Source: an uncultured bacterium
Lineage (GTDB): Bacteria > Acidobacteriota > Thermoanaerobaculia > Multivoradales > JAHZIX01
Direction: 5' to 3'
Assembly (NCBI GenBank): GCA_965368975.1
Contig: CBDUPA010000016.1
Location: forward strand, 1 to 64,000
DNA: 64,000 bases
Position numbers and translations under genes: made by a program
Notes under the pieces: generated by a model
What the model was told of the DNA's origin: nothing
Databases searched by the model: none
The model's input: only the letters and a program-made list of their open reading frames with translations
Part shown: piece by piece, positions 10,041 through 22,155 of the stretch
Numbering within the stretch: position 1 is the first letter of the stretch
Layout: each line of letters starts with the position of its first letter

Positions 10041-10075
10041 GTACAGCCGACTGGCGCAAGGAAGAGGTAGACAGC

Positions 10076-10360
10076 ATGGCTCGCTCACTCAAAAAGGGCT
10101 ACTTCGTCGATTACCACTTGTTGGAAAAGATCGAAGTGCAAAATCAGGCGACGCGGCGCGGCGTGATCCGCACCTGGTCCCGGCGTTCGGTGATCACCCC
10201 GGAAATGGTTGGCCACACCATCGCGGTGCACAATGGCTCGAAGTTCATTCCGGTCTACATCACGGAGAACATGGTCGGGCACAAGCTCGGTGAGTTCGCC
10301 CAGACGCGGACCTTCCGCAGTCACTCCGGCAAGAAGGAGAAGGGCGCCCGCGGGCGCTGA
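10076..10360 (+). CDS. rpsS: 30S ribosomal protein S19
   Basis: MARSLKKG...TWSRRS...[10 protein letters not shown]. Confidence 0.99.
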   Translation: MARSLKKGYFVDYHLLEKIEVQNQATRRGVIRTWSRRSVITPEMVGHTIAVHNGSKFIPVYITENMVGHKLGEFAQTRTFRSHSGKKEKGARGR

Positions 10361-10371
10361 GGGAGAGGATC

Positions 10372-10725
10372 ATGGAATTTACCGCCAAGCTGCGCTACCA
10401 CCGGTCTTCGGCTCAGAAGGTTCGTCTGGTCGCCGATCTCATCCGTGGCAAGGACGTGGAAGAAGCCGCCAACATCCTGCGCCAGACGCGCAAGGCCGCT
10501 GCCCGTCCGATGGAAAAACTCCTGCGCTCCGCGGTCGCCAATGCTGAACACCGCGACGAGCAACTGGACACGGATCTGCTCTATGTCAAGAGCATCTTCG
10601 TAGACGAAGGACCGACGTTGAAGCGCATCCGGCCGGCGCCAATGGGCCGCGCCTTCCGCATCCTCAAGCGGATGAGCCACATTACGATCAAGCTGGACAC
10701 CCGCCAGGAAGCAGAGGAGGAATAA
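10372..10725 (+). CDS. rplV: 50S ribosomal protein L22
   Basis: [15 protein letters not shown]...[18 protein letters not shown]. Confidence 0.99.
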   Translation: MEFTAKLRYHRSSAQKVRLVADLIRGKDVEEAANILRQTRKAAARPMEKLLRSAVANAEHRDEQLDTDLLYVKSIFVDEGPTLKRIRPAPMGRAFRILKRMSHITIKLDTRQEAEEE

Positions 10726-10729
10726 GGCA

Positions 10730-11380
10730 GTGGGTCAGAAAACACATCCATACGGATTCCGGTTGGGATACAACAAGAGTTGGCACTCCCGCTGGTACGC
10801 CGAAGGTCAGTATGCCGACTATCTGCACTCCGACCTCGAGCTGCGCAAGCAGCTGAAGACGCGCCTCGGTCACGCCGGCGTCAGCGAGATCGACATCGAA
10901 CGCGCTGCCGACAAGATGCGCGTTACCATCTACACTTCGCGCCCTGGCATCATCATCGGTCGCAAGGGAGCTGAAGTCGACAAGCTGCGCGATGATCTGC
11001 AGAAGCAGATGGGCCGCGAAGTGCACATCAACATCCAAGAGATCACTCGGCCGGAGCTGGACGCTCAGCTGGTGGCCGAATCGATCGCCGGTCAGCTGAT
11101 ACGCCGTGTTTCCTTCCGTCGGGCGATGAAGAAGGCCATGGAGTCCGCGTTCCGCTTCGGAGCCAAGGGCGTCAAGATCATGGTCGGCGGCCGCCTCGGC
11201 GGCGCCGAGATCGCTCGCACCGAGTGGTACCAGGACGGCCGGCTGCCTCTGCACACGCTCAAGGCCGATATCGACTACGGCCTCGCTGAAGCTTTCACGA
11301 CCTACGGTGCCATCGGCGTCAAGGTGTGGGTATACAAGGGTGATCTCGTCAAGGAGAAGAGCCGCCGGGCCGGGACCTGA
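10730..11380 (+). CDS. rpsC: 30S ribosomal protein S3
   Basis: [13 protein letters not shown]...[10 protein letters not shown]...[12 protein letters not shown]. Confidence 0.99.
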   Translation: MGQKTHPYGFRLGYNKSWHSRWYAEGQYADYLHSDLELRKQLKTRLGHAGVSEIDIERAADKMRVTIYTSRPGIIIGRKGAEVDKLRDDLQKQMGREVHINIQEITRPELDAQLVAESIAGQLIRRVSFRRAMKKAMESAFRFGAKGVKIMVGGRLGGAEIARTEWYQDGRLPLHTLKADIDYGLAEAFTTYGAIGVKVWVYKGDLVKEKSRRAGT

Positions 11381-11419
11381 GGGTCCTGAGTTGCCAGAGC
11401 GAGCGGAGGGTAATCAGCC

Positions 11420-11839
11420 ATGTTGATGCCGAAGAAGGTCAAATATCGCAAGAGTCACCGTGGGCGCACCAAGGGGCGCGCCAAGGGCGGCGCCACGATT
11501 GCGTTCGGCGACTACGCGCTGCAGGCGCTGGAGCCGGGATACATCACGGCGCGCCAGATCGAGGCGGCTCGTATCGCTATCACTCGTCACGTCAAGCGTG
11601 GTGGCAAGGTCTGGATTCGCATTTTTCCGGATCACCCGTTCACCAAGAAGCCCTTGGAAACTCGTATGGGTAAGGGTAAAGGCAACCCGGAAGGCTGGGT
11701 GTGTCGTGTCAAGCCCGGTCGCATTCTCTACGAGCTCGAAGGTGTCGACCCGCACTTGGCGTCCGAGGCCATGCGCCGCGCGGCCATGAAGCTGGGCGTC
11801 AAGACCCGCTTTGTCACCCGCAACGAAGAGCTGCGCTGA
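11420..11839 (+). CDS. rplP: 50S ribosomal protein L16
   Basis: MPKKVKYRK...QIEAARIA...RMGKGKG. Confidence 0.99.
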   Translation: MLMPKKVKYRKSHRGRTKGRAKGGATIAFGDYALQALEPGYITARQIEAARIAITRHVKRGGKVWIRIFPDHPFTKKPLETRMGKGKGNPEGWVCRVKPGRILYELEGVDPHLASEAMRRAAMKLGVKTRFVTRNEELR

Positions 11840-11867
11840 ACGCTTGCAGGGTGCCAGGAGTTAAGAC

Positions 11868-12059
11868 ATGAAAGCGCAAGATCTCAGAACGCTAACGGCA
11901 GAAGAGCTGCAGACCCGAGAGACTGAACTCGCGGACCAGCTGTTCGTGCTGCGGGTGCAGAAGGTGACGGGGAAGCTTGAAAAACCGTCGAAGCTGCGCG
12001 AAGTCCGTCGCGACATGGCGCGCGTGATGACGGTGCTACGCGAGAAGAAGGAGCAGTAA
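11868..12059 (+). CDS. rpmC: 50S ribosomal protein L29
   Basis: MKAQDLR...LREVRRDMARVMT, located between rplP and rpsQ. Confidence 0.97.
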   Translation: MKAQDLRTLTAEELQTRETELADQLFVLRVQKVTGKLEKPSKLREVRRDMARVMTVLREKKEQ

Positions 12060-12063
12060 GGGA

Positions 12064-12357
12064 ATGAGCGAGAACGCCACCCAGACCCAGGACGCGGGTA
12101 CCAAGGTTCGCGGCCAACGCCAGCTCAAGACGGGCGTCGTGCTGAGTTCCGCCATGGACAAGACCATTATCGTGGCGGTGCCCAAGACCTATATGCATCC
12201 GCTGTATCACCGCTACGTCAAGCGAACTTCGAAGTTCGCCGCCCATGACGAGCGCAACGAGTGCAACGCTGGCGACACCGTGACCATCGTCGCGTGCCGT
12301 CCGCTGTCGAAGCGCAAGCGCTGGCGATTGAAAGAAATCGTCAAGCGGGCCGACTAA
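12064..12357 (+). CDS. rpsQ: 30S ribosomal protein S17
   Basis: [14 protein letters not shown]...HPLY...AHDE...RPLSKRKRW. Confidence 0.98.
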   Translation: MSENATQTQDAGTKVRGQRQLKTGVVLSSAMDKTIIVAVPKTYMHPLYHRYVKRTSKFAAHDERNECNAGDTVTIVACRPLSKRKRWRLKEIVKRAD

Positions 12358-12385
12358 CGCCGCTAAGGTTCGAGAGGGACGAGCG

Positions 12386-12754
12386 ATGATCCAGATGGGA
12401 ACCATTCTCGATGTGGCCGACAACTCCGGCGCCAAGAAGATCTCGTGCATTCACATGCGCGGTGGATCGGCTGGCCGCTACGGCCGAGTCGGCGACGTGA
12501 TCACGGCTTCGGTCAAAGAAGCGACACCGGACGGTACGGTCAAGAAGGGCCAGGTCGTGAGAGCTGTCATCGTGCGCACGCGCAAGGAGCAGCGGCGCAA
12601 GGACGGCAGCTACATCCGCTTCGATAGCAACTCGGCGGTTCTGGTGAACGATGCCGGTGAGCCGGTCGGCACACGTGTGTTCGGTCCGGTGGCGCGTGAG
12701 CTGCGCGAGCGCCGTTTTATGAAGATCGTGTCCCTGGCACCCGAGGTGCTGTGA
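12386..12754 (+). CDS. rplN: 50S ribosomal protein L14
   Basis: [17 protein letters not shown]...[13 protein letters not shown]...IVSLAPEVL. Confidence 0.99.
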   Translation: MIQMGTILDVADNSGAKKISCIHMRGGSAGRYGRVGDVITASVKEATPDGTVKKGQVVRAVIVRTRKEQRRKDGSYIRFDSNSAVLVNDAGEPVGTRVFGPVARELRERRFMKIVSLAPEVL

Positions 12755-12827
12755 CCGCTACATCCTGGGAAACAAGTCCTGAGGAATACGGCGGTCCGGG
12801 ACGACGACGGCCGAGGAACAAGGTGCG

Positions 12828-13151
12828 ATGATCAAGGTAAAAGTCAAAAAGAACGACCAGGTCCTGGTGACCCGCGGCAAAGACCGCGGGGCTACCGGCC
12901 GGGTGCTGAGTGTGCTGCCGACGGAAAACCGGGCGCTGGTGGAGCGGGTCAACATGATCAAGCGCCACACTCGTCCGAATCCGCAACGGGGCGTCCAAGG
13001 TGGTGTCATCGAGCGCGAAGCGCCGATCAGCATCGCCAACCTGAAAGTGATTTGCCAGAACTGTGGCAAGCCGTCGCGCCTGGGCCGCCGTCAGAACAAG
13101 AACGGCCGGAACGTGCGCTTCTGCAAGACCTGCAACGAGAACATCGACTGA
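12828..13151 (+). CDS. rplX: 50S ribosomal protein L24
   Basis: [16 protein letters not shown]...[10 protein letters not shown]. Confidence 0.98.
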   Translation: MIKVKVKKNDQVLVTRGKDRGATGRVLSVLPTENRALVERVNMIKRHTRPNPQRGVQGGVIEREAPISIANLKVICQNCGKPSRLGRRQNKNGRNVRFCKTCNENID

Positions 13152-13732
13152 TGGCTAAGAAAGTGACTGAAGCACCCAACGGCAGTGGCTCGGCGCCGCG
13201 TCTGAAGACGCTGTACCGGGACACGGTCGCCGAGAAGCTGACGAGCGAGTTCAGCATCGCCAACAAGATGGCGCTGCCGAGGTTGGTCAAGGTATCCCTG
13301 AACATGGGGCTCGGCGAAGCGATCCAGAACGGCAAGATGCTCGACGACGCCGTCGAAGAATTGTCGAACATCGCCGGTCAACGGCCGACGATCACCCGCG
13401 CCCGCAAGTCGATCGCAGCCTTCAAGCTGCGCGAGGGTATGGCCATCGGCTGCCGCGTGACCCTGCGGGGTGACCACATGTGGGAGTTCCTCGATCGTCT
13501 GATCAGCGTCGCTTTGCCGCGTGTTCGTGACTTTCGCGGCGTTTCGCGCAACGGCTTCGATGGCCGGGGCAACTACACCCTGGGCATCCGAGATCATCTG
13601 ATCTTTCCCGAGGTGGATTACAACAGGGTCGACAAGCCCAAGGGGCTGAACGTGACCATCGTGACGACCGCCGACACCGATGAGCAGGCCAAGTTCCTGC
13701 TCGACGAACTCGGGATGCCATTCTCCCGCTGA
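13151..13732 (+). CDS. rplE: 50S ribosomal protein L5
   Basis: TGATG coupling with rplX. Reads [13 protein letters not shown]...[10 protein letters not shown]...FDGRGNY. Confidence 0.99.
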   Translation: MAKKVTEAPNGSGSAPRLKTLYRDTVAEKLTSEFSIANKMALPRLVKVSLNMGLGEAIQNGKMLDDAVEELSNIAGQRPTITRARKSIAAFKLREGMAIGCRVTLRGDHMWEFLDRLISVALPRVRDFRGVSRNGFDGRGNYTLGIRDHLIFPEVDYNRVDKPKGLNVTIVTTADTDEQAKFLLDELGMPFSR

Positions 13733-13764
13733 GGGAAGAGCAGAGTAATACGGAGAGAGCTGGT

Positions 13765-14163
13765 ATGAGCATGACCGATCCCATCGCGGATCTCCTCACC
13801 CGCATCCGCAACGCCCATTTGGCCAAGCACGACCGTCTGGACGTGCCCTATTCCAAGCTGAAGCTGGAGATCTGTAAGATTCTCAAGCAAGAGGGCTTCA
13901 TTCGCGGTTTTCAGCAGAAGGACTCGAGTCCGGTGGACACCCTGCGTGTCGTCCTGCGGTACAGCCCCGAAGGTTTGCCGGCGATCAGCCACCTGGCGCG
14001 CGTGAGCAAGCCCGGCCGTCGGGTCTACCGCGGCGCCGACACCATCCGCCCGGTTCGCAACGGGCTCGGCCTGGGCATCGTCTCGACGTCCCAGGGCCTG
14101 CTCACGGATCAAGACGCACGCCAGCGCCGCCTCGGTGGCGAAGTGCTGTGTGAGGTCTGGTAG
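13765..14163 (+). CDS. rpsH: 30S ribosomal protein S8
   Basis: MTDPIADLLTRIRNA...SKPGRRVY...STSQG...GGEVLC. Confidence 0.99.
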   Translation: MSMTDPIADLLTRIRNAHLAKHDRLDVPYSKLKLEICKILKQEGFIRGFQQKDSSPVDTLRVVLRYSPEGLPAISHLARVSKPGRRVYRGADTIRPVRNGLGLGIVSTSQGLLTDQDARQRRLGGEVLCEVW

Positions 14164-14172
14164 GAGAACGCC

Positions 14173-14712
14173 ATGTCGCGAATTGGAAAAGCACCGATCC
14201 CCGTGCCGAGCGGGGTCAAGATCGACATCAAGGACGGCGTTCTGACCGCCCAGGGGCCGAAGGGCAAGATGTCCCAGGCCGTGCTCGAAGGTCTAGACGT
14301 CAAGCACGAGAACGGTGAGGTCGTCGTCGCACGCCGCGGAGAGAGTGGTCCGGAACGGGCCATGCACGGTCTCCAGCGCTCGCTTCTGGCCAATGCCGTG
14401 CTCGGTGTTACCGACGGTTTCAGCAAGCAGCTGGAGATCATCGGCGTCGGCTATCGTGCGGAGGTCCAGGGCAAGGAAGTACACCTGGCGCTCGGCTACT
14501 CTCACCCGGTGATCTTCCCGATCCCGGAAGGGATCAGCATCGAGGTGGACAAGCAGAACAAGGTCACGATCACCGGCTGCAGCAAGCAGCAGGTAGGACA
14601 AGTGGCCGCTGAGATCCGCCGCCTGCGGCCGCCTGAGCCCTACAAGGGCAAGGGCATCAAGTATGTGGGCGAACACATTCGCCGCAAGGTCGGTAAGGCC
14701 GGCGCGAAATAA
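14173..14712 (+). CDS. rplF: 50S ribosomal protein L6
   Basis: MSRIGKAPI...GVGYRA...LGYSHP...PEPYKGKGI. Confidence 0.99.
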   Translation: MSRIGKAPIPVPSGVKIDIKDGVLTAQGPKGKMSQAVLEGLDVKHENGEVVVARRGESGPERAMHGLQRSLLANAVLGVTDGFSKQLEIIGVGYRAEVQGKEVHLALGYSHPVIFPIPEGISIEVDKQNKVTITGCSKQQVGQVAAEIRRLRPPEPYKGKGIKYVGEHIRRKVGKAGAK

Positions 14713-14753
14713 CGTCGGTTCACTGTGAATCAAGCCTCACGGAGCGCGAAGAG

Positions 14754-15140
14754 ATGAGCGAATATCTGGCTAAAAGGACCCGGCGGAAGCACGAGCGCCG
14801 CAACCGAGCGCACCTGCGCATCCGGCGCCGCATCCGCGGCAGCGCAGAGCGGCCGCGCCTGGCGGTCTACAAGAGCCTGAAGTACGTCTATGCCCAGCTG
14901 ATCGACGATGTGGCAGGGCGAACCCTGGCCTGCGCGAGTTCGCTGGAGCCCGGCCTGCGCGGAAAGATCGAGGGTGGCAGCGGCTCCGTCGCAGCGGCCC
15001 GTGCGGTCGGCGAAGCGATCGCCGAGCGTGCCAAGGAGAAGGGCGTCGAGCAGGTCGTTTTCGACCGCGGCGGTTACGTCTACCACGGCAAAGTCAAGGA
15101 AGTGGCGGAGGGAGCCCGGGCCAATGGCCTGGTGTTCTGA
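14754..15140 (+). CDS. rplR: 50S ribosomal protein L18
   Basis: RPRLAVYKS...YAQLIDD...[14 protein letters not shown]. Confidence 0.99.
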   Translation: MSEYLAKRTRRKHERRNRAHLRIRRRIRGSAERPRLAVYKSLKYVYAQLIDDVAGRTLACASSLEPGLRGKIEGGSGSVAAARAVGEAIAERAKEKGVEQVVFDRGGYVYHGKVKEVAEGARANGLVF

Positions 15141-15192
15141 ACAACCGCCCCTCCGGCGCCAGTACCGCCGGGACGCATAAGGAGTAGGAACG

Positions 15193-15741
15193 TTGGCTAG
15201 AGACTTCGACCGCGATTCGGAATTCAACGAGACGGTCGTCCATATCAACCGCGTGACCAAGGTGGTCAAGGGTGGTAAGAACTTTTCGTTCTCTGCTCTG
15301 GTTGTGATCGGCGACGGTAAGGGCCGGGTGGGCTACGGCTCCGGCAAGGCTAAAGAAGTGCCCATGGCGATTCGCAAGGGCATCGACATCGCCAAGCGCA
15401 ACATGGTTCGCATCCCGCTCCAGGAGGGCACCATCCCGCACGAGACTGTCGGCATCTACAGTGCCGGCCGCGTGATGCTCAAGCCCGCCTCGCCCGGTAC
15501 CGGCGTGATCGCCGGTGGCCCGGTGCGCGCGGTGATCGAAGCGGCGGGCATCCAGGACATTCTGACCAAGTCGCTGGGTACCACCAACCCCCACAATGTG
15601 GTCAAGGCGACCTTCGCCGGCCTACTCAGCTTGCGCGACGAGCGTGAAGTTCGTCGTCTGCGCGGCCTCGACGAGGTCGCGGCCGATGGGCCTTCCGAAG
15701 GGGGCGCCGATAGCGACGCCGCCTCCGAAGGCGCCGCCTGA
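15193..15741 (+). CDS. rpsE: 30S ribosomal protein S5
   Basis: [16 protein letters not shown]...[15 protein letters not shown] start after a GGAG RBS; acidic C-terminal tail. Confidence 0.99.
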   Translation: MARDFDRDSEFNETVVHINRVTKVVKGGKNFSFSALVVIGDGKGRVGYGSGKAKEVPMAIRKGIDIAKRNMVRIPLQEGTIPHETVGIYSAGRVMLKPASPGTGVIAGGPVRAVIEAAGIQDILTKSLGTTNPHNVVKATFAGLLSLRDEREVRRLRGLDEVAADGPSEGGADSDAASEGAA

Positions 15742-15776
15742 AGAAGATCCGCCAGAACTCGAAGAGGACGGAAGCG

Positions 15777-15974
15777 ATGTCGAAGAACACGAAGACCATC
15801 AAGATCCGGCAAGTGCGCAGCCCGATCGGCTACAACGCCAAGCAACGGGAAGTACTCCGTAGCCTCGGCCTGCGCCGCATTCGCCATGAGGTCGAGCGGC
15901 CCGATCTGCCCGCGGTACGTGGGGCGGTGGCCAAGATTCAGCACCTGGTCGAGATCGTCGAGGAAAAGTCATGA
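15777..15974 (+). CDS. rpmD: 50S ribosomal protein L30
   Basis: [11 protein letters not shown]...LRSLGLRRI...HLV. Confidence 0.97.
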   Translation: MSKNTKTIKIRQVRSPIGYNAKQREVLRSLGLRRIRHEVERPDLPAVRGAVAKIQHLVEIVEEKS

Positions 15975-16426
15975 AGCTGCACGATTTGTCCCCTGCCAAA
16001 GGAAGCAAGCGAAATCGCAAGCGTATCGGCCGTGGTCCGGGTTCGGGCCTGGGCAAGACCGCCGGCCGCGGCAACAAGGGCCAGAAGTCCCGTACCGGTT
16101 ACAGTCGCCGGTTGGGCTTCGAAGGTGGCCAGATGCCGCTCGCCCGTCGGGTGCCGAAGCGTGGCTTCACGAACATCTTCCGTACCGAGTACGCCGTCCT
16201 CAACGTCAGCCGGCTGGAGGCTCTGGAGGTCGACGAGGTGACCCCCGAACTGCTGCGCGAGCGTTCGATCGTGCCGAAGGGCATGCTGGTCAAGATCCTG
16301 GGTAACGGTGATCTGAGCAAGGCGATCAAAGTGACCGCCCACAAGTTCAGCAAGTCGGCGCGCGAGAAGATCGAGAAGGCCGGCGGTAGTTGCGAGGAGC
16401 TTGGTCCCAAGGAGCCGAAGCAGTGA
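15971..16426 (+). CDS. rplO: 50S ribosomal protein L15
   Basis: [24 protein letters not shown]...[17 protein letters not shown]. Confidence 0.99.
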   Translation: MKLHDLSPAKGSKRNRKRIGRGPGSGLGKTAGRGNKGQKSRTGYSRRLGFEGGQMPLARRVPKRGFTNIFRTEYAVLNVSRLEALEVDEVTPELLRERSIVPKGMLVKILGNGDLSKAIKVTAHKFSKSAREKIEKAGGSCEELGPKEPKQ

Positions 16427-17808
16427 TCGTCGAAAGCATCCGCAACATGTTCGCCATCCCGGAGCTGCGCAAGCGGTTGATCTTCACCTTTGCGCTGCTG
16501 GCGGTGTACCGGATCGGCTGTTTTGTGCCGACTCCGGGCGTCGACCCGCACGCTCTGCTGGAGTTCATGGACCAGATGCGCGGCGGCCTGCTCGACTTCG
16601 TCAACAATTTCACCGGTGGCAGTCTGAGCCGTGTGGCGGTGTTCTCGCTGGGCATCATGCCCTACATCACCGCGTCCATCGTGCTGCAGCTGCTGACCGT
16701 CGTGGTGCCCTACCTCGAGAAGTTGTCCAAAGAGGGCGAGATGGGCCGGCGCAAGATCACGCAGTACACGCGCTATGGCACGGTGCTGATCTCTGCGATC
16801 CAGAGCTTCAGCATCGCCATCTTCCTCGAGCGGACCACCACTCCCGGCGGTGCCCAGCTGGTGCCGGACGGTGGTTGGGGCTTCCGCCTGATGACCCTGG
16901 TGACACTGACGACCGGCTGTGCCTTCGTCATGTGGCTCGGTGAGCAGATCAGCGAACGGGGCATCGGCAACGGTATCTCGCTGATCATCTTCGCCGGTAT
17001 TGTCGTGGGCCTGGTGCCGGCCGTCTTCGACACCTTCAACAAGGTCGAGACGGGACAGCTGTCGCTGATCACGGTTCTGGTGTTGTGCGTCTTCATGCTG
17101 GCGGTGGTCGCCTTCATCATCTATATGGAACGAGCTCAGCGAAGAGTGCCGGTGCAGTACGCCAAGCGCGTGGTGGGCCGGCGCGTCTATGGTGGCCAGA
17201 GCACCTACCTGCCGCTGCGCGTCAACACCGGTGGTGTCATCCCGGTCATCTTCGCCAGCTCGCTGGTGATGATCCCGCAGACCCTGACCGGTATCTTCCC
17301 GAACAGTGAATGGGCCCAGGTGGTCACCCGCTACATCTCGTGGGGTCAGCCGATCTACTACTTGATGTACGGGACGATGATCATCTTCTTCTCGTACTTC
17401 TACGTCTCGATCATCTTCAACCCGGCGGATCTGGCCGAGAACATGCGCAAGCATGGTGGCTTTATCCCGGGGATCCGGCCCGGCCGGCGGACGTCCGAGT
17501 ACATCGACTACATCTTGACCCGCATCAACGCCGTCGGCGCGCTCTACCTTGCCGTGGTGTCGATCCTGCCCGAATTCTTGCTCGCCGGTTTCAACGTCGA
17601 GGGTATTCCGTGGCTCGGACCGATGGTCGCGGATTTCATCCCCGCTTGGGTGAGCCAGGGCATGGGCATCAACTTCTACTTCGGTGGCACCTCGCTGCTG
17701 ATTGTGGTCGGTGTTGCCATGGACTTCATGCAGCAGGTCGAGAGCCAGCTTGTGATGCGCAACTACGAGGGCTTCATGAAGAAGGGGAGACTCCGTGGAC
17801 GCCGCTAA
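16423..17808 (+). CDS. secY: Preprotein translocase subunit SecY
   Basis: GTGA overlap with rplO. Motifs [54 protein letters not shown]. Confidence 0.99.
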   Translation: MIVESIRNMFAIPELRKRLIFTFALLAVYRIGCFVPTPGVDPHALLEFMDQMRGGLLDFVNNFTGGSLSRVAVFSLGIMPYITASIVLQLLTVVVPYLEKLSKEGEMGRRKITQYTRYGTVLISAIQSFSIAIFLERTTTPGGAQLVPDGGWGFRLMTLVTLTTGCAFVMWLGEQISERGIGNGISLIIFAGIVVGLVPAVFDTFNKVETGQLSLITVLVLCVFMLAVVAFIIYMERAQRRVPVQYAKRVVGRRVYGGQSTYLPLRVNTGGVIPVIFASSLVMIPQTLTGIFPNSEWAQVVTRYISWGQPIYYLMYGTMIIFFSYFYVSIIFNPADLAENMRKHGGFIPGIRPGRRTSEYIDYILTRINAVGALYLAVVSILPEFLLAGFNVEGIPWLGPMVADFIPAWVSQGMGINFYFGGTSLLIVVGVAMDFMQQVESQLVMRNYEGFMKKGRLRGRR

Positions 17809-18388
17809 GGCCGCGCACGGCGCCGTACGTGTGGTCATGCTCGGGCCGCCAGGCTCCGGCAAGGGCACGCAGGCGGCTATCCTCGCTGAGCGTTCGGGCA
17901 TCCCAGCGATCTCCACCGGAGACATGTTGCGGCAGGCTGTAGCGGCCGGTAGTGATCTGGGGCGCAAGGTCGAAGGGCTGATGAATTCCGGGGCACTGGT
18001 CGACGATGTGACGATGGCCGAGGTCGTCGAGGCCCGCCTACAGGCGGATGACACCGCGGCAGGATTCCTGCTCGATGGCTATCCGCGCAACCTCGAACAG
18101 GCCGCAACCCTCGAGGGCATTCTCGATCGGCTCGGTGTTGGCCTGGGCGGCGTGCTCTTTCTCGACGTTCCCGAAGACGAACTGGTGCAGCGTGCGCTCG
18201 GCCGCGGCCGAGCAGACGACACTGAGGACGTGATCCGGGAGCGGCTGCGCGTCTACCGTGAGAAGACACAGCCCTTGGTCGAGCATTACCGCGGCCAGGG
18301 CATCTTGCATGCCATTGATAGCGACCGTGCCATCGACATCATCACCGAAGATCTGTCCTCCGCACTGCGGCACATCGCCGCGCAGTAA
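17795..18388 (+). CDS. adk: Adenylate kinase (short-LID type)
   Basis: GPPGSGKGTQ, ISTGDMLR, LDGYPR; short LID GRGRADDTE. Confidence 0.97.
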   Translation: MDAAKAAHGAVRVVMLGPPGSGKGTQAAILAERSGIPAISTGDMLRQAVAAGSDLGRKVEGLMNSGALVDDVTMAEVVEARLQADDTAAGFLLDGYPRNLEQAATLEGILDRLGVGLGGVLFLDVPEDELVQRALGRGRADDTEDVIRERLRVYREKTQPLVEHYRGQGILHAIDSDRAIDIITEDLSSALRHIAAQ

Positions 18389-18496
18389 CCCGGATACAAC
18401 GCTGAACACTCTGATTCCGCCGACGAAGACCCTGAAATCGAGATCCCAGTGATGACGCTCAGGAGAAAAGCACGGCGCAAGGAAGACAAGCCGGAA

Positions 18497-19261
18497 ATGA
18501 TCGTGTGCAAAACCGAAGGTGAACTAGATCTGATGGACGAGGCGAACGCCATCGTCCACCGGGTGCTGGATCACGTCGCCGCCGCGGTCGCGCCGGGAGT
18601 CACCACGCGCCAGCTCGACCGCGAGGCAGAAGCGATCATTCGCGAAGCTGGCGGTGTGCCCGCGTTCCTGAACTACCGAGGCTTTCCGGCGACGCTGTGT
18701 ACGGCCCTCAACGATGTCATCGTGCACGGAATTCCCGATGATCGGCCCCTTGAAGAGGGAGATGTCCTTGGCATCGACTGCGGAGTGATGTATAAAGGGT
18801 ACTTCGGCGACGCGGCCCGCACCTTCGCGGTTGGTCCGATCAGCTCTGATGCCTCTCGGCTGCTGGATGCCACGCGCACGTCGCTCGAACTGGCCGCGGA
18901 ACTGATGCAGCCAGGCAATCGCCTGTCGGATGTCAGCCACGCAGTTCAGAAGCACGTCGAGGCTCAGGGCTATTCCGTGGTACGCGAGTTCGTCGGACAC
19001 GGAGTCGGCACGTCGTTGCACGAAGATCCTCAAGTACCCAACTACGGCAAGCCGGGCCGAGGTCCACGCCTCAAGCCCGGAATGGTGTTTGCTATCGAGC
19101 CGATGGTCAATGCCGGCACTGCCGATGTGAAGGTGGATACAGATGGATGGACCGCCCGCACTGCGGACGGTTCTCTCTCGGCCCACTTCGAGTACTCGGT
19201 GGCGGTCACGGAGAACGGTCCCCGGATTCTCGGGGCCCATTGCAACGGTCACCGGGCCTGA
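18497..19261 (+). CDS. map: Type I methionyl aminopeptidase
   Basis: [35 protein letters not shown]. Confidence 0.97.
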   Translation: MIVCKTEGELDLMDEANAIVHRVLDHVAAAVAPGVTTRQLDREAEAIIREAGGVPAFLNYRGFPATLCTALNDVIVHGIPDDRPLEEGDVLGIDCGVMYKGYFGDAARTFAVGPISSDASRLLDATRTSLELAAELMQPGNRLSDVSHAVQKHVEAQGYSVVREFVGHGVGTSLHEDPQVPNYGKPGRGPRLKPGMVFAIEPMVNAGTADVKVDTDGWTARTADGSLSAHFEYSVAVTENGPRILGAHCNGHRA

Positions 19262-19281
19262 GAGCGGGGAGGAATAGAGCT

Positions 19282-19503
19282 GTGTCGAAAAAAGAAGAAG
19301 CCATTGAAGTCGAAGCGGTCGTGGCCGAGCCCCTACCGAACGCCATGTTCAAGGTAGAACTCGAAAACGGCCACGAAGTGCTTGCACATATTTCAGGAAA
19401 GATGCGTAAGCACTTCATTCGGATCCTGCCCGGGGACCGCGTCTTGGTAGAGCTGTCCCCATACGACCTTGATCGCGGGCGGATCGTGTACCGGTTGAAG
19501 TAA
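19282..19503 (+). CDS. infA: Translation initiation factor IF-1
   Basis: GTG start after GGAGG. Reads [14 protein letters not shown]...AHISGKMR...ELSPYD. Confidence 0.98.
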   Translation: MSKKEEAIEVEAVVAEPLPNAMFKVELENGHEVLAHISGKMRKHFIRILPGDRVLVELSPYDLDRGRIVYRLK

Positions 19504-19516
19504 GGAAGGATGAACC

Positions 19517-19630
19517 ATGAAAGTACGAGCTTCCGTCAAGCGTATGTGCTCGAAGTGCAAGGTCATCCGTCGCCGCGGGGTCGTGCGCATCATCTGCGAC
19601 AATCCCAAGCACAAGCAGCGTCAGGGTTGA
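19517..19630 (+). CDS. rpmJ: 50S ribosomal protein L36 (Zn-ribbon form); absent from the supplied ORF track
   Basis: [37 protein letters not shown]. Confidence 0.98.
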   Translation: MKVRASVKRMCSKCKVIRRRGVVRIICDNPKHKQRQG

Positions 19631-19642
19631 GGTAGGAACAAT

Positions 19643-20023
19643 ATGGCACGTATCGCGGGGGTGGACCTCCCCCAAAACAAGCAGGTCCGCATCGGACTGA
19701 CCTACATCTACGGGATCGGCCGCACAACAGCACTGAAAGTGCTGGCCGAGGCGGACGTCGACCCGGTGACCAAGGTCAAAGACTTGACCGAGGACGAGGC
19801 GACACGGATTCGCCGTATCATCCAGGAAGGCATTCGGGTCGAAGGCGACCTTCGTAAAGAAGTCAGCCAGAACATCAAGCGCCTCATGGAGATCGGATCT
19901 TATCGAGGCGTGCGCCATCGTAAGGGACTTCCGGTGCGCGGCCAGCGCACCCACACCAACGCTCGCACCCGTAAGGGTCCGAAGCGGACGACGGTAACGG
20001 GCAAGAAAAAGGTCCGCAAGTAA
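19643..20023 (+). CDS. rpsM: 30S ribosomal protein S13
   Basis: [10 protein letters not shown]...[22 protein letters not shown]. Confidence 0.99.
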   Translation: MARIAGVDLPQNKQVRIGLTYIYGIGRTTALKVLAEADVDPVTKVKDLTEDEATRIRRIIQEGIRVEGDLRKEVSQNIKRLMEIGSYRGVRHRKGLPVRGQRTHTNARTRKGPKRTTVTGKKKVRK

Positions 20024-20046
20024 GACGGCAAGGATAGGGAACGCAA

Positions 20047-20454
20047 ATGGCGAAAGCAAACAAAGACCGCAAGGGCAAGGGCTCAGGAAAGCGGAAAGAA
20101 AAGAAGAACGTCCCAGAGGGTGTGGCTCACATCACCGCGACGTTCAATAACACCACGATCAGCATCTCGGACGTCGAGGGCAACGTGCTGACCTGGTCGT
20201 CCGCCGGCCGGATGGGTTTCAAGGGCTCCCGGAAGGGAACGCCTTTCGCGGCTCAGATGGCGGCGCAGAACGCGGGTCAGCTCGCGCGTGATCAGGGAGT
20301 CCGCAGCCTGGAAGTTCAGGTCAAGGGCCCTGGTGCTGGCCGCGAGTCCGCGGTTCGCGCCTTGCAGTCCGCGGGACTTTCGATCAAGTCCATCCGCGAC
20401 GTTACACCGATCCCGCACAATGGCTGCCGGCCGCGTAAGCGGCGCCGAGTCTAA
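20047..20454 (+). CDS. rpsK: 30S ribosomal protein S11
   Basis: ATFNNT...[13 protein letters not shown]...[12 protein letters not shown]. Confidence 0.99.
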   Translation: MAKANKDRKGKGSGKRKEKKNVPEGVAHITATFNNTTISISDVEGNVLTWSSAGRMGFKGSRKGTPFAAQMAAQNAGQLARDQGVRSLEVQVKGPGAGRESAVRALQSAGLSIKSIRDVTPIPHNGCRPRKRRRV

Positions 20455-20466
20455 GGAGGAAGCACA

Positions 20467-21096
<630 letters not shown>

Positions 21097-21146
21097 TCAC
21101 TGCACTCGCTCATCGAGAGACGCACATCGAGAGTCAGGAGAGTTTC

Positions 21147-22127
21147 ATGCTTTGGAAAGATTTTCAGCGCCCGAAGCGCGTCGAAGTCGATCGTGGGAGT
21201 TTGTCTCCCACCTACGGCAAGTTCTTGGCCCAGCCCTTTGAACGGGGCTTTGCCACGACTATCGGCAACGGCCTGCGCCGCTGCCTGCTGTCGTCGATCG
21301 AAGGCGCCGCGATCACGGCGATCAATATCGAAGGGGTTCAGCACGAGTTCTCGTCCATGGCGGGCGTGGTGGAAGATGTCACCGACATCATCCTCAACCT
21401 CAAGCAGATCCCGATCCGCCTGCACTCCGAGGAGGCGGTCGTCTTGAGCCTGGACGTCAAAGGACCGGGCACGGTGACGGCCGGTGCTTTCAAGGAAGAT
21501 CCGCGGTTCGAGATCGTCGACCCCAGCGTACACGTCGCCACGCTCAACGAAGAAGGTCACCTCAAGCTGCAAGCCCAGGTCAAGAACGGCCGTGGCTATG
21601 TCAGCGCGGACCGCAACTTCGACGAGACGATGGGTATCGGCTGGATTCCGCTCGACTCGGCACACAGCCCGATCCGTAAGTGCAACTACAAGGTCGAAGC
21701 CGCCCGCCTGGGCCGGACCACGGACTACGAGCGCTTGGTGCTCGAGGCTTGGACCAACGGGACTGTGACACCGGAAGAGGCTCTGTCGCTCAGCTCTCTG
21801 CTGCTCAAAGACCACCTCGGTATCTTCATCGAAGCCGAGGAGAGTGTCCGCGAGGAGAGCTCGGACGCGCAACAGGAAGAACTGGCAGCGATGGACGAGC
21901 TGCTGGGGAAGACCATCGACGAGCTGGACCTGTCTGTACGCTCGGCGAACTGCCTGAAGAACGCCAACATCGCTACGCTGAGGGATCTGGTGCGCAGGTC
22001 CGAGAAGGACATGTTGGAAACCAAGAACTTCGGCAAGAAGTCGCTCGAGGAGTTGCAAGACCTCCTGGGCCGCCTCGGCCTGGAGTTCGGTATGGATGTG
22101 CCCGAGCACGCGCCCAACGCGGCCTGA
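21147..22127 (+). CDS. rpoA: DNA-directed RNA polymerase subunit alpha
   Basis: GGAG RBS. Reads PFERGFATTIGNGLRR...HEFS...LDLSVRSANCL...NFGKKSL. Confidence 0.99.
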   Translation: MLWKDFQRPKRVEVDRGSLSPTYGKFLAQPFERGFATTIGNGLRRCLLSSIEGAAITAINIEGVQHEFSSMAGVVEDVTDIILNLKQIPIRLHSEEAVVLSLDVKGPGTVTAGAFKEDPRFEIVDPSVHVATLNEEGHLKLQAQVKNGRGYVSADRNFDETMGIGWIPLDSAHSPIRKCNYKVEAARLGRTTDYERLVLEAWTNGTVTPEEALSLSSLLLKDHLGIFIEAEESVREESSDAQQEELAAMDELLGKTIDELDLSVRSANCLKNANIATLRDLVRRSEKDMLETKNFGKKSLEELQDLLGRLGLEFGMDVPEHAPNAA

Positions 22128-22155
22128 GGCCCGTTGAGATAAGAGGAGCGACCCT

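Noticed and set aside
17795-18388. Short-LID adenylate kinase as a novelty
   Set aside because: Short-LID Adk is a well-known variant.
18389-18496. Small ORF or basic N-terminal extension of Map
   Set aside because: Map homology begins at MIVCKT (18497); nothing supports the extension.
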